DNA of 64,000 nt from the NCBI GenBank assembly GCA_947165815.1, contig CAMVBZ010000001.1, positions 3,633 to 67,632 on the forward strand, written 5' to 3'. The notes below the pieces were generated by a model. That model was not told the origin of the DNA, made no database searches, and saw only the letters and a list, made by a program, of their open reading frames with translations. Source of the stretch: an uncultured Clostridia bacterium (GTDB taxonomy: Bacteria; Bacillota; Clostridia; Christensenellales; CAG-917). A program made the position numbers and the translations under genes. Positions 1 to 9,499 of this stretch are shown here, one piece after another; the first letter of the stretch is position 1; the number at the start of each line of letters is the position of its first letter.

Positions 1-17
1 TTTTAAGAGACTTCGCT

Positions 18-920
18 TTGATGATAGTAATATTTGTACATGCCATGATAGAAGCAATGTTAGACTCTGGTATTGTACAAAACGATGGACGTTATATTAC
101 AAACTTTAGAAAGTCTTCCCTTCCTATGTGTATCTACAACGAAAAGGATGTGGCTATATATAGAAGTACAAAATTTAGTGAATCCTCATACAAAGAAAAT
201 AATCCAAATAAAAAATATGTAAGAAAGGATATTGGAAAGTACTATGTTGTTGTTGAAGATGATTTAACAGAATTACTAGAACTTAAAAAGAAACTAACAA
301 CTGAAGCAAAAGAACTAGAAGAAACTAATGCACTACTTAGCAATATGATAGACATTTATTCTAGACAATCCTCTTTAACATATAGACTCCAAATTACAAA
401 CGAGATAGAACAAAGTATTGGAAAAGCAAAGGAAGAATTATTATCTATTCTCAATACTCTTCCAGATGAGATAACCACAAAAAATAATAAAGAGTGCAAA
501 CAAAAGCTTGGAACAATTGCTTTCCTTCTTGGATATATGAAGCAAAGATGTATGTTGCTTTTAAATGCAAAAGAACAAAAGAATATTACAAGTGATGCTT
601 TCTCACTCCTACTAAATGTTATTTCTCATGATATAAAAAGTATTGGATTTGAAAATGTTGGCTACTCTATTCTTTCCAAAGAAGATGTATCCTATCCATT
701 TGCACTTGCTATAAACAATTTTATCTATGATATCTCTAGAACATACCCATTTAAGAATGCCACTATGTTCTTAATAATAGATTCAGACAAGGGAACTTGT
801 ATTGCAAACATAGAAGGAAAAGGTATTAGTATAAACAAAGAATATTTGGACAAACCTAATGTTACTATAAAGAAACAAGATGGTGGTATCCGTATAGAGT
901 TGGAGGTGCAAAATGATTAG
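18..920 (+). CDS. Hypothetical protein, possibly 5'-partial, with a weak degenerate histidine-kinase-like C-terminal half
   Basis: ORF track 300 aa starting at TTG 18. The frame stays open back to nt 3, so the true start may lie upstream of the window. Coiled-coil-like middle region (LTELLELKKKLTTEAKELEETNALL). The C-terminal layout resembles a kinase catalytic domain, but no clear N/G boxes are present. Overlaps the downstream kinase gene by 8 nt. Confidence 0.45.
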   Translation: MMIVIFVHAMIEAMLDSGIVQNDGRYITNFRKSSLPMCIYNEKDVAIYRSTKFSESSYKENNPNKKYVRKDIGKYYVVVEDDLTELLELKKKLTTEAKELEETNALLSNMIDIYSRQSSLTYRLQITNEIEQSIGKAKEELLSILNTLPDEITTKNNKECKQKLGTIAFLLGYMKQRCMLLLNAKEQKNITSDAFSLLLNVISHDIKSIGFENVGYSILSKEDVSYPFALAINNFIYDISRTYPFKNATMFLIIDSDKGTCIANIEGKGISINKEYLDKPNVTIKKQDGGIRIELEVQND

Positions 921-2259
921 TCTTTTAAACCTTCCAGCATCCCTACGTATTACTATGTTTGTATTTGAAACATTAACTGCATCTGCACTATTATTTGGCA
1001 TAATTTATCTGGCTATTAGTAAAGGCCAAAAACTCAGAATCGCATATTTATCTGCTCTTTTTGTATGTTTAATCATATCGATTGTGACAAGAACACCATT
1101 AATGGAGAATATGAATGTGGCAGTTGCAAACTACTTTAGTTTAGCATTTATTATACCTGCAATACTTGGCATAGTTCTTATAATTAAAGAGAAAAAATGG
1201 CTATTCATATTAGACTGTATTTGGTGCATCTTTAACATAACTCTATTAGAGGTTATACCATATTATGCTTATATAGTTTCTGCTCTATTCATATATGTAA
1301 TAATTAGAACCATATTCTTCCTTGTAGAGAGTATGACATCCGTTAAAGATTACCCTGGAAGATTTAGTGTAAAATATGCATTAGACCAGCAAGATGATGG
1401 TATTGCATACATAGATATATTTGGTCATGTAAGATATATTAACACATCCCTTAAGACCACACTTTCTAAAATTGGAATATCTTCATATAACAACTCAAGA
1501 GACATTCTCTCCCTAATTAAACGCAAAGCTATAGAAGAAGGAAGAATAGTATCTGGTACATCCTTCATTCTTAATATAGATAATTCTTCATACAAGTTCA
1601 GCATAGACAATCCCCTCACCCAAATCACTTGTACAAATGTAACAGAAGAAGAAAGATTAATGAGCGAGATAGAAGAAAATAAGACCAACCTTTATAAAGC
1701 CAACCAAGAACTTAATAACACATTGGAAACTATTGAAAGTATCCAACAATACAACGAACTTTTAGCAATTAAAGGAAATATTCATGACTCCCTTGCACAA
1801 CAACTCTCTATTCTTCATATGTTTATCTTAAATGACAATTCAAAAGATTTAAGAGAAGTTAAAAAGATGCTTTCTAATCTAGACTCCTCTTTAAGCACAG
1901 AAGAAAACAAGGGACAAGAAAGAACAGATCTCCAAGAATTATTAAAGGTTATAGGCGTAGACCTCACTATTAACGGTACAAGCCCGGATAACAAGGATAT
2001 TAGAGTATTTATCAATAAGCTAATTAAAGAAACCACAACAAACGCTATACGTCATGGAAAAGCAAATAAAATCAATGTGAATATAATAGACAATGGAACT
2101 GAACTTACTATAAGTGTAATCAACAATGGCATCATCCCTTCTAAAGTAACATACGGAAATGGTCTTACAAGTATTGAGAATGAACTAAGAAAAATAAATG
2201 GCTCCATGTCTATTAAACTGGAACCATCCTTTACTATTATTGCAAAAATTGTTTACTAA
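913..2259 (+). CDS. Sensor histidine kinase (HisKA_3-type H-box, HATPase_c), polytopic N-terminus
   Basis: About 4-5 N-terminal TM helices. H-box HDSLAQQLSILHM. N-box TTNAIRHGKANKINV. G-box region DNG...GNGLTSIENELRKINGSM. Confidence 0.8.
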   Translation: MISLLNLPASLRITMFVFETLTASALLFGIIYLAISKGQKLRIAYLSALFVCLIISIVTRTPLMENMNVAVANYFSLAFIIPAILGIVLIIKEKKWLFILDCIWCIFNITLLEVIPYYAYIVSALFIYVIIRTIFFLVESMTSVKDYPGRFSVKYALDQQDDGIAYIDIFGHVRYINTSLKTTLSKIGISSYNNSRDILSLIKRKAIEEGRIVSGTSFILNIDNSSYKFSIDNPLTQITCTNVTEEERLMSEIEENKTNLYKANQELNNTLETIESIQQYNELLAIKGNIHDSLAQQLSILHMFILNDNSKDLREVKKMLSNLDSSLSTEENKGQERTDLQELLKVIGVDLTINGTSPDNKDIRVFINKLIKETTTNAIRHGKANKINVNIIDNGTELTISVINNGIIPSKVTYGNGLTSIENELRKINGSMSIKLEPSFTIIAKIVY

Positions 2260-2268
2260 TGGAACAGG

Positions 2269-3594
2269 TCATGCAACCATCGTAGGTAACCTTAATAAGA
2301 ATTGATATAAACCTTCTGCATATACTAATGCCAAACACATTATACCAACCAATGGAATAATCATATCTGTAGAAGAAGGTTTGTGTGTTCTTGTATATGA
2401 GAACAACATAACGAAAGGCACAACAAACAACAATGATAAACTCTTACCGAATCCCATTCCATGTGCCTGTTGGAATCCTATCATAACAGCTATTTCAATA
2501 TCCTCCGTGCCCTCCGATATACCTGCTGCCAAAGCAACACCAATAACGACCAACAAGATAGCATCTAGAACGGCTGTGATAACCATACAAACGCTTGCAG
2601 CAATTGAGAAATGTAGTGAATTAACATTTGTCTTTAAGAATACTTCATAGTCTTCTTTAGTCTTTCCTCTCTTTAAGAATAATCTTTCTCTATTTTTAAT
2701 AAAGAATGCTAATATTACAAATAAAACGAATGTAAGAGGTGGCTTTGTTGTTAAGAATGGTGCAAAATACAATGGCAATACAAAGTCTAATTTTACAGCG
2801 CATAATACCTTTAGTATTATAGAAGCAATTTCATATCCTGCTGGAATTAAAGCAAACAATCTAAATATGATTAACTTCTTTCCAACAAATACTCTCTTTG
2901 GATTGTAATTTACAAACATTGTAAACAACGTACATAGGAGCAAGTCTATGAAGATATTGAACGAAATATACCCATTATTCGAGAATACTGCCACAAGTTT
3001 TAATGCTGTTTCTTGAGGGTCAACACCTTCCTCTAATGCAAATAATTTTATTATGCCCAATATATATCTTTGATATATAAGCATAAATAAAGCAAATATA
3101 ACAAGGGCCATAAATGAATATGCCAATATCAGCCTTTTGTAACCATTCTTTGCGTTAAGAATTATAGCAAAGTTAGCCATTAGGAAGAAAGAAAGAGACA
3201 TTGTACCAAATATAGTGAGAAAATGTTGTACGCCTCCAAAATTCTTGGCAAGATTTGGATCCATCTTTGCGCCCATTCCCATAACTAAAGCAGCTTGGGC
3301 AGCAACTATACTTGCCCATGCAAGGACTCTAAGCCATCTATATGATAAAGGTCCACGATACTTGATATCATTTTCTAAAGAATAGTCTTGGATCTTTTTT
3401 CTTTTTCTTTTTTTCCTCTTTTTAGTGTTATCTTCTGAAGATGTTTCTTCTACTGGCTGAGAATCTTCTTCCACAGAAGGCAAATCCGCATTTTCTAGGG
3501 CAGTTTCTTCAACTAAATCCTGTGCATTTGTTTCTTCTGTTTCTTGAACAATTTCTTCGTTATTAATCTCTTGGGATATATTTTCTTCTTCCAT
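2269..3594 (-). CDS. Polytopic membrane protein of unknown function with an acidic N-terminal tail followed by a KKRKKRKRKK patch
   Basis: 441-aa ORF with about 10 hydrophobic segments. N-terminal roughly 70 aa are rich in E/D/Q/S. Own promoter-like TTGACA-17-TAAAAT upstream. Confidence 0.6.
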   Translation of the reverse strand: MEEENISQEINNEEIVQETEETNAQDLVEETALENADLPSVEEDSQPVEETSSEDNTKKRKKRKRKKIQDYSLENDIKYRGPLSYRWLRVLAWASIVAAQAALVMGMGAKMDPNLAKNFGGVQHFLTIFGTMSLSFFLMANFAIILNAKNGYKRLILAYSFMALVIFALFMLIYQRYILGIIKLFALEEGVDPQETALKLVAVFSNNGYISFNIFIDLLLCTLFTMFVNYNPKRVFVGKKLIIFRLFALIPAGYEIASIILKVLCAVKLDFVLPLYFAPFLTTKPPLTFVLFVILAFFIKNRERLFLKRGKTKEDYEVFLKTNVNSLHFSIAASVCMVITAVLDAILLVVIGVALAAGISEGTEDIEIAVMIGFQQAHGMGFGKSLSLLFVVPFVMLFSYTRTHKPSSTDMIIPLVGIMCLALVYAEGLYQFLLRLPTMVA

Positions 3595-3625
3595 AATATC
3601 TCTTCACTATTTTAATAATGTGTTT

Positions 3626-3654
3626 ATTTTAAAAGTAAAATAAAAAGATGTCAA
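3626..3654 (-). promoter_or_regulatory. Sigma70-like promoter for the 2269..3594 gene
   Basis: Minus-strand TTGACA (3649-3654), 17-nt spacer, TAAAAT (3626-3631). Confidence 0.5.
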
Positions 3655-3662
3655 TAATGATA

Positions 3663-3698
3663 TAAAAAATGCCCGTGCAAGAACAAACTCACACGGAC
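3663..3698 (-). terminator. Rho-independent terminator after the lipoprotein gene 3720..4850
   Basis: Minus-strand GTCCGTG...CACGGGC 7-bp stem followed by ATTTTTTATA. Confidence 0.6.
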
Positions 3699-3719
3699 AA
3701 ATATTTAACAACGATTAAA

Positions 3720-4850
3720 TTAGTGTGCTAATTGGTGTGTAAATGTAAAAGATATTCTGGTATAGATTGTATCGTCATCTGATGCTGATTCATATATAGA
3801 AATATATACTTCATCTCCGTCTTCTGAATAAGCATCAAAATTAATAGATGGAGCATTTTCATCAGCTGATTCATCCCTTGTTAAATCTTGATAACTTGCT
3901 TGTAATTCTTCACCAGAATCATATTTTGCGCCAGCATTAAAGAAAGATTCAGCTATTGCCAATAATGCAGTTTTATTTTCCTCTATAGTGCCATCCATAT
4001 TGAGTATAATATCATATTCCTTATTTTGTTCTGATGTGTATAAAGATGCACCATTTAATTGAGTATTTGCAATAGGAGCAATTCCTGTTAATCCCATTGA
4101 TGTCATGAATTCAGTATCCCATTCTTTAACAACAATTTTATTAGTTTCCACTGCAATTTCTGCATCTACATCATTTCCTAACTTGAATTCTTTTGCTTCA
4201 AAAGTTGCCTTACCACTGCCATTCCCATCTGTTGTATCTGCACTTGCACTAGCGGAATATTTGAGACAAGCTCCTGTGCTCTTATCTATAATGTATTCTG
4301 TTTCCATATTTACAGAACCAAGTGATGAGTTTGTACCTATTGATGTACTATATTTTGTGCAAGAGCGTCCCAAGAAAGTTACATCTGATTTAGATGAATA
4401 TGAGATAGACTCTCCAGCTGCTACCATATAAACATTAGCAGAGTTTAAAGGATTTATTGTGGAATCATATAAATTAATTGAAATATATTCGTCTTTCCCA
4501 CTTTCTTGACCATATATATAATAAACATCTTCTACCTTTTTAAGAAGGACTTTGCTATCTCCGGTTTGTGAGAAACTATATGTTCCGTTTGTTGCAACTA
4601 TAATCTCATTAGTTTCGCTAGTATTTTCTTCTCCAGAAGATTCGCTGGTAACTTCATACTTAATATAATATTTTTCTCCAAGTGCTTCTTGAATTTCTTG
4701 TTGAGTCTTCATTGTATCTGATTTTAAGTTTTCAATATCATTTGCTAAATCCATAATTCCTTTAATAGCACCACAAGCTGTTAAAGAAACAGCACAAACA
4801 ATTACTAATGCTATTAATAAAACGAAAATTAGTATTGATCTTTTTGACAT
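3720..4850 (-). CDS. Lipoprotein, unknown function
   Basis: Signal peptide MSKRSILIFVLLIALVIVCAVSLTAC with lipobox LTAC. GGAGG RBS upstream. Confidence 0.7.
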   Translation of the reverse strand: MSKRSILIFVLLIALVIVCAVSLTACGAIKGIMDLANDIENLKSDTMKTQQEIQEALGEKYYIKYEVTSESSGEENTSETNEIIVATNGTYSFSQTGDSKVLLKKVEDVYYIYGQESGKDEYISINLYDSTINPLNSANVYMVAAGESISYSSKSDVTFLGRSCTKYSTSIGTNSSLGSVNMETEYIIDKSTGACLKYSASASADTTDGNGSGKATFEAKEFKLGNDVDAEIAVETNKIVVKEWDTEFMTSMGLTGIAPIANTQLNGASLYTSEQNKEYDIILNMDGTIEENKTALLAIAESFFNAGAKYDSGEELQASYQDLTRDESADENAPSINFDAYSEDGDEVYISIYESASDDDTIYTRISFTFTHQLAH

Positions 4851-4946
4851 GTTTTGAGACCTCCTATATCTCTAAGTATAAAATTATTTTACCACCGCGA
4901 GCAAGTTCATGACAAGACTCACATGGGGTGATTTACGGGTGAATTG

Positions 4947-5423
4947 TTAAAATTTTTGAAAAATATGACAATACCCGTTTGGATTCTTTTCTAAATATTT
5001 TTGATGATATTCCTCTGCTTTCCAAAAATTTACAAGTGGCAATACTTCAACAGCACTATGTTTATTGCTTGCCTTTTCTAGTGCTTCTATTTCTTGTTTT
5101 GCAATATTCATATCTTCACTATTTTCAAAATAAATGCCAGTACGATATTGCTCTCCTATATCCTCTCCTTGTTGGTTTATAGAATATGGATTTATTACTT
5201 GAAGAAACCTATGAATAATATTCTTAAGTGGCAATATGGATTCATCATATACAACTTTTACAGTCTCCGCATGCCCTGTATGTTCATACTTAACTTGTTC
5301 ATACGTTGGATTATCTTTCTTACCATTAGCATATCCAACCTCAGTTTCAAGAACACCTTCTGCACTATCTAAAAATCTTTGTAAGCCCCAAAAGCAACCG
5401 CCAGCCAAATAAATTGTCTTCAT
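4947..5423 (-). CDS. msrA: Peptide-methionine (S)-S-oxide reductase MsrA
   Basis: N-terminal catalytic motif GGCFWG. 158 aa with typical MsrA length and sequence (YHQKYLEKNPNGYC). Confidence 0.9.
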   Translation of the reverse strand: MKTIYLAGGCFWGLQRFLDSAEGVLETEVGYANGKKDNPTYEQVKYEHTGHAETVKVVYDESILPLKNIIHRFLQVINPYSINQQGEDIGEQYRTGIYFENSEDMNIAKQEIEALEKASNKHSAVEVLPLVNFWKAEEYHQKYLEKNPNGYCHIFQKF

Positions 5424-5424
5424 A

Positions 5425-5907
5425 TTAGTCCTTTACGTTATGTTCTACATAGTCTCTTATTTCTCTTAAAACATCATATGGTTTTTCAATATAGTTAAAT
5501 ACAACCCCATGACGTACTCCACGGAATGAAATATTCCCAGTATTTGTCTTTTTATCCAAGATTGATGTGGACGCCTCTGTTGTTACGACGTCTTTATAAT
5601 TAATACTACGATATGACACGCCAAAAGAGCCTGTGCGCGTAATTAAGCGCTTATTGGTATATGCGTAATAAAGATTGTCATATCCCTTCTTAGCGTACCA
5701 AAATGGGAATATGCCCAATGATAACACGGTTAGCATAATGAAATGAGGCCAAAAGATTGGAATGGCAAAAAACAACATCCATTTTACATATCTTTTCTTA
5801 ACTGGTTTAAATACTCCAATTACAGTTTCATCTGCATCTAGATAATCATGGAATATCTCTCTATTTACTAATTCAACACTTGAAGTATCTTCATTGAAAT
5901 CTCTCAT
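5425..5907 (-). CDS. Bacterial PH-domain (bPH_2/YdbS-like) membrane protein
   Basis: Two TM helices followed by YAYTNKRLITRTGSFGVSYRSINYKDV, which is typical of the bPH_2 family. The stop lies 1 nt upstream of the msrA start. Confidence 0.6.
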   Translation of the reverse strand: MRDFNEDTSSVELVNREIFHDYLDADETVIGVFKPVKKRYVKWMLFFAIPIFWPHFIMLTVLSLGIFPFWYAKKGYDNLYYAYTNKRLITRTGSFGVSYRSINYKDVVTTEASTSILDKKTNTGNISFRGVRHGVVFNYIEKPYDVLREIRDYVEHNVKD

Positions 5908-5941
5908 AGCATACCTCCATTAGTTGCATATATTATACCAC

Positions 5942-5972
5942 ATAAATAAAAACCCTACAATTAAGTAGAGTT
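5942..5972 (-). terminator. Rho-independent terminator closing the T4SS-like operon
   Basis: Minus-strand AACTCTAC-TTAATT-GTAGGGTT followed by TTTATTTAT. An extended -10 (TGGTATAAT, 5932-5940) for the next operon follows. Confidence 0.65.
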
Positions 5973-6010
5973 TTTACTATGCTTAACACAAATTAGTTAT
6001 TTGATATGAC

Positions 6011-9000
6011 TTATTTCTTTAAATCATCCTTGTTGAGTTCTTTGTCTTTTCCAACATTAAGAATATCGCCATTAATCTTAATATCTTCTTCATCATCTAT
6101 ATTGATATAGATTTGTTCGCCATCATCAATCTTCTTGTCTTCCTCAACTTTCTTGTCTTCTGCAATTTTATTGATGTTTTCTTTTTCATCAGCAATATTA
6201 TTGAGTTGATCAATATCAATATCATCAAGATAAATTTCAATTTTCCCCGCTCCACTCTTAATCTGATTCTCAATATTAATAATCTTTTCTCTTGCTATCT
6301 CTGCATCAAGATCGATGTTTATATGACCATTATTATTCTTGATTTGTTCTTCAAGGTTTGGTCTAGAATTAATAATGTTAATATTGTTATCATTAATGAT
6401 GTTGATATTTTCATTAATTTGTGGTTGTTGATTTTGAACAACTTGTTGATGTTGAACTCCACCTTGTGCAGGAATTACACCTTGTTTAATATTATCAATT
6501 CTTTGTGCAAGTTGTTGTTTCTCTGCTTGTGTGAGAATCTTTCTGTCATCGACATATTGATCGTGTTCATCTTTAACAAGACATGTAGTTATTCCTTCAT
6601 CTTTCAAGTACAAATTGCCAAGGAATGCGTTCTTTTTATTCTTGCAACGTTCTATATAACGGTTGTAAAGAATTGTTTTTTCCTCATTAGAAAGTTCATC
6701 TATGCTATCAGCAAACTTGCTGTTAATGTATGCATTCTTAGACATTAGTCTATCAGCCTCAAACATTGAAGGAACTCTATCATTGAATCTCTTTGCATCA
6801 AGTTGAGCATTACGTCTATCAAGATACTCTTCACTAATTCTTCCAGCTTTGAAGTCTTGCATTAATTGTGTCTTACGTTGTGCAATTGCTGCATTCAATG
6901 CATTTCTAGCTTCGGTTAATTGTTGTTGTGCTTGTGCTCTTACTACATCATTATTTGCTCTGTCAAAAGTATTTTGAGCTCTAACCACAGCTGTTTGGAG
7001 ATTCTTGAAATTACGGTTAGCTTGTTCATCTGCTGCTCTTGTTTGTGAACCGAAGTTTTTAACTGCACGAGAATTTACGAAGTCAGTATAACTTCTCTCT
7101 ACAAGATTTTGTTGTAAATCTTCTACGGCATTTTCTACATTAATCTGATAATTTTGTCCATTATAAGTAACTCCACCATTTTGATTCATTTGTGTAAACA
7201 ATCCGCGTAATGTTTCTTTTGGATGGACTACGATGTTGTTTAATGTTCTAAATTGAATGCTTTTTTTATCCATTTCTGGATGAGCAACAATATATTTTAA
7301 TGCTGCTTTTTGTATAGCTGTTCCGGCCATTTCTGGTCTTAAAAGAGAATTATGATTTGCTTGTGCAAGTGCAATTGCTTTTCCGCCTTCTTGAACGATA
7401 CGTCTGATATAAGAATTTGCATCTTCATTAGTCTCAATCAAATATTCCATATCATCAAATTCACGACTTGGCATTACTTGCATTGTATCGTAATTATATG
7501 TTGGAACTTCTAGAACTGACACGTCTTCGAGTGGTTCTTTCATCATGAGTAAACGATCAAAATATGGTTTACCATTGCTAAATACGAAATCACGATGTGA
7601 CATTGTTTCCAACTCAAAGTTATTGGTCATAACAAATGATTGATCAACCGCTGCATTATGCTTAGCCATATTTGGATCAGTTTCTATCTTTGTAATATTT
7701 TCACTTGCACGTGTTAGTAATGAATTTAGTAATCTTTCTGGTTTGGAATATGTTGGTAGAGACAATTCAAACAATGCCTCACCTGCTGATTTCCCTCGAA
7801 CAGCCTTATTTGGATCCAACTTATCAATAGCAGTTTTAGTTTGTCTATCCAAAACAGCACGTGGGTCTGCCAAGAAATCATCATAAGAAATGTTTTGTTG
7901 CTTAAGTGAATGATATATTAAATACAATCCATTAAGTGCAGATGCACCAGCAATATTTTTACGGAATTCAATTGGAAGCCCTTGTGTTCTAACAATATCT
8001 AAGTTAGATGAATAATAACCCTTATCTAAGCCAGCATCATTAATCATTTGCATTAATTCTTTTGATTTATTGTATTCACCAATAAGTCTTTCTGAAGCGT
8101 CTCCAACTTTCATCTTTTCAACTGGGTCATTGCTGCTTAATTTATCTATCAAATCGTTATATGCATAAGCAATACCATGGAATCCATAAACCTTTGTTCC
8201 TTCTTCTGGGGCAAATTCATGTTGATCATATCCAAATTCATCAAATTTTTCGAAGATAGCTTTTACGGATTGCTTTGTTTCATCACGTAATTGAACCTTC
8301 ATATTACGCAATGCATTATATTGGTCTAGCATGTCTGGATTTATTTGATCAAGGTTTCTCTTCTCATTAAATTGGTCAATATAATATGGTGGAGCCTTTA
8401 TAGCGCCAGTGAATTTAAGGTTACCTTTTCCTATTGTATCTCCTACTTGTATTCCATTTTCTGCAAATTCTTCAACAGCTTGTTCCTTACGAAATACATT
8501 CATACCAAAGTCGCCTTCTTCACGGGCAGTACGTACACTTTCTAATTCGCTGACATAACTAGGATCTAAGTTTGCAAAGAGAGCACCAGCTTGATCTATA
8601 TTAGCATTGATTTGATTCTTCCTTTCTTCTGTTAATGGTTGACCATGATAGTAATTCATAGCTCCAATAACTCCCTTAGCGGCATTCATCTCATCTACAA
8701 AGACCTTCACAGTGACTTCTTCATCAGGTCTTTCAAGAATTGGTTTATATGCGTCTGTTCTGTATGCAATATTCTTAAATTCTTCTTCAGGCAAACTATT
8801 TACAACTGCTTCCCAAACGTTATGTTGTCCTTTTTGGGCAATATGTTGATTATATGATAATCTGTTAATATGAACTAATCTTGGATCATTTCTTTCTGCT
8901 TCAGTCATAAATGGTTCTGCCATTTGCTTAACTTGTTCCAAAGTTAAAGTTTGTCTATTTGCTCTTATATTAGCTGCCATCGCTTTGGACTCGTTGGACT

Positions 9001-9439
9001 TTTCTGCTCTATTTAAGATACTTGCATAATCAGTCTTGATGTCATAATCAATTCCATGCTTTCCTTCAGCACCCAATGCATTATATACATTTTGTTTTCC
9101 TTCTGGTGACAATTTCTCCCATGATTCTCTAAAGAAGAACTCCATACGTGCTCTTTCTTTTTTAGCTTCTTCAATGGATTGTCTTCTTTCCTGCCAGTTA
9201 TTACCTACTGGATGTTCGTTCATCAAGTCTGCGTGTGCTTCTGTATCCTTAAGTTTTTGTATATAAGCTGCTTTTGTTATTTGAGTACCTGGCTCAAACC
9301 ACTTTCCTGAGAAATCATGTGGTTGCTCAACTTGTGGTTGAGGCTGTGCTTGAGGTTCCTCTACTCTTGTAGTTACAAATCCGAGTTGTTGAGCATTTTT
9401 TTGAATTGCTCTTTCGTTTTCTCTTAGGAATCTTGGCAT
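6011..9439 (-). CDS. Large soluble protein of unknown function (1142 aa), last gene of the T4SS-like operon; N/I/D/K-rich low-complexity C-terminal tail
   Basis: Uninterrupted ORF with AGGAGAA RBS. No signal peptide or TM segment, and no catalytic motif I recognise. Residues about 866-950 are homologous to residues about 288-367 (longest-ORF numbering from 36470) of the 35136..36431 protein. Confidence 0.75.
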   Translation of the reverse strand: MPRFLRENERAIQKNAQQLGFVTTRVEEPQAQPQPQVEQPHDFSGKWFEPGTQITKAAYIQKLKDTEAHADLMNEHPVGNNWQERRQSIEEAKKERARMEFFFRESWEKLSPEGKQNVYNALGAEGKHGIDYDIKTDYASILNRAEKSNESKAMAANIRANRQTLTLEQVKQMAEPFMTEAERNDPRLVHINRLSYNQHIAQKGQHNVWEAVVNSLPEEEFKNIAYRTDAYKPILERPDEEVTVKVFVDEMNAAKGVIGAMNYYHGQPLTEERKNQINANIDQAGALFANLDPSYVSELESVRTAREEGDFGMNVFRKEQAVEEFAENGIQVGDTIGKGNLKFTGAIKAPPYYIDQFNEKRNLDQINPDMLDQYNALRNMKVQLRDETKQSVKAIFEKFDEFGYDQHEFAPEEGTKVYGFHGIAYAYNDLIDKLSSNDPVEKMKVGDASERLIGEYNKSKELMQMINDAGLDKGYYSSNLDIVRTQGLPIEFRKNIAGASALNGLYLIYHSLKQQNISYDDFLADPRAVLDRQTKTAIDKLDPNKAVRGKSAGEALFELSLPTYSKPERLLNSLLTRASENITKIETDPNMAKHNAAVDQSFVMTNNFELETMSHRDFVFSNGKPYFDRLLMMKEPLEDVSVLEVPTYNYDTMQVMPSREFDDMEYLIETNEDANSYIRRIVQEGGKAIALAQANHNSLLRPEMAGTAIQKAALKYIVAHPEMDKKSIQFRTLNNIVVHPKETLRGLFTQMNQNGGVTYNGQNYQINVENAVEDLQQNLVERSYTDFVNSRAVKNFGSQTRAADEQANRNFKNLQTAVVRAQNTFDRANNDVVRAQAQQQLTEARNALNAAIAQRKTQLMQDFKAGRISEEYLDRRNAQLDAKRFNDRVPSMFEADRLMSKNAYINSKFADSIDELSNEEKTILYNRYIERCKNKKNAFLGNLYLKDEGITTCLVKDEHDQYVDDRKILTQAEKQQLAQRIDNIKQGVIPAQGGVQHQQVVQNQQPQINENINIINDNNINIINSRPNLEEQIKNNNGHINIDLDAEIAREKIINIENQIKSGAGKIEIYLDDIDIDQLNNIADEKENINKIAEDKKVEEDKKIDDGEQIYINIDDEEDIKINGDILNVGKDKELNKDDLKK

Positions 9440-9499
9440 AATCTTTTCTCCTATAACATCTCTTTATGTCACTTTATCTAGAAAACTTCGCAATAGGTG

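Noticed and set aside
3391-3425. Homopolymer runs (T5-T7 on plus, A-runs on the coding strand) encoding KKRKKRKRKK as a phase-variation switch
   Set aside because: The runs are short (maximum 7) and interrupted. They are adequately explained by Lys/Arg codon choice in an AT-rich genome, and there is no evidence of frameshifted alleles.
4895-4946. Relatively GC-rich patch (ACCACCGCGAGCAAGTTCATGACAAGACTCACATGGGGTGATTTACGGGTG) between msrA and the lipoprotein gene, considered as a small riboswitch or sRNA
   Set aside because: I could not find a convincing stem-loop or any match to a riboswitch core I know. It contains only short direct CAAG repeats, so it is left unannotated.
6113-6748. 211-aa plus-strand ORF antisense to the 1142-aa gene
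   Set aside because: It is a shadow ORF in low-complexity AT-rich coding DNA. It has an I/L/F/N-rich nonsense composition and no RBS.
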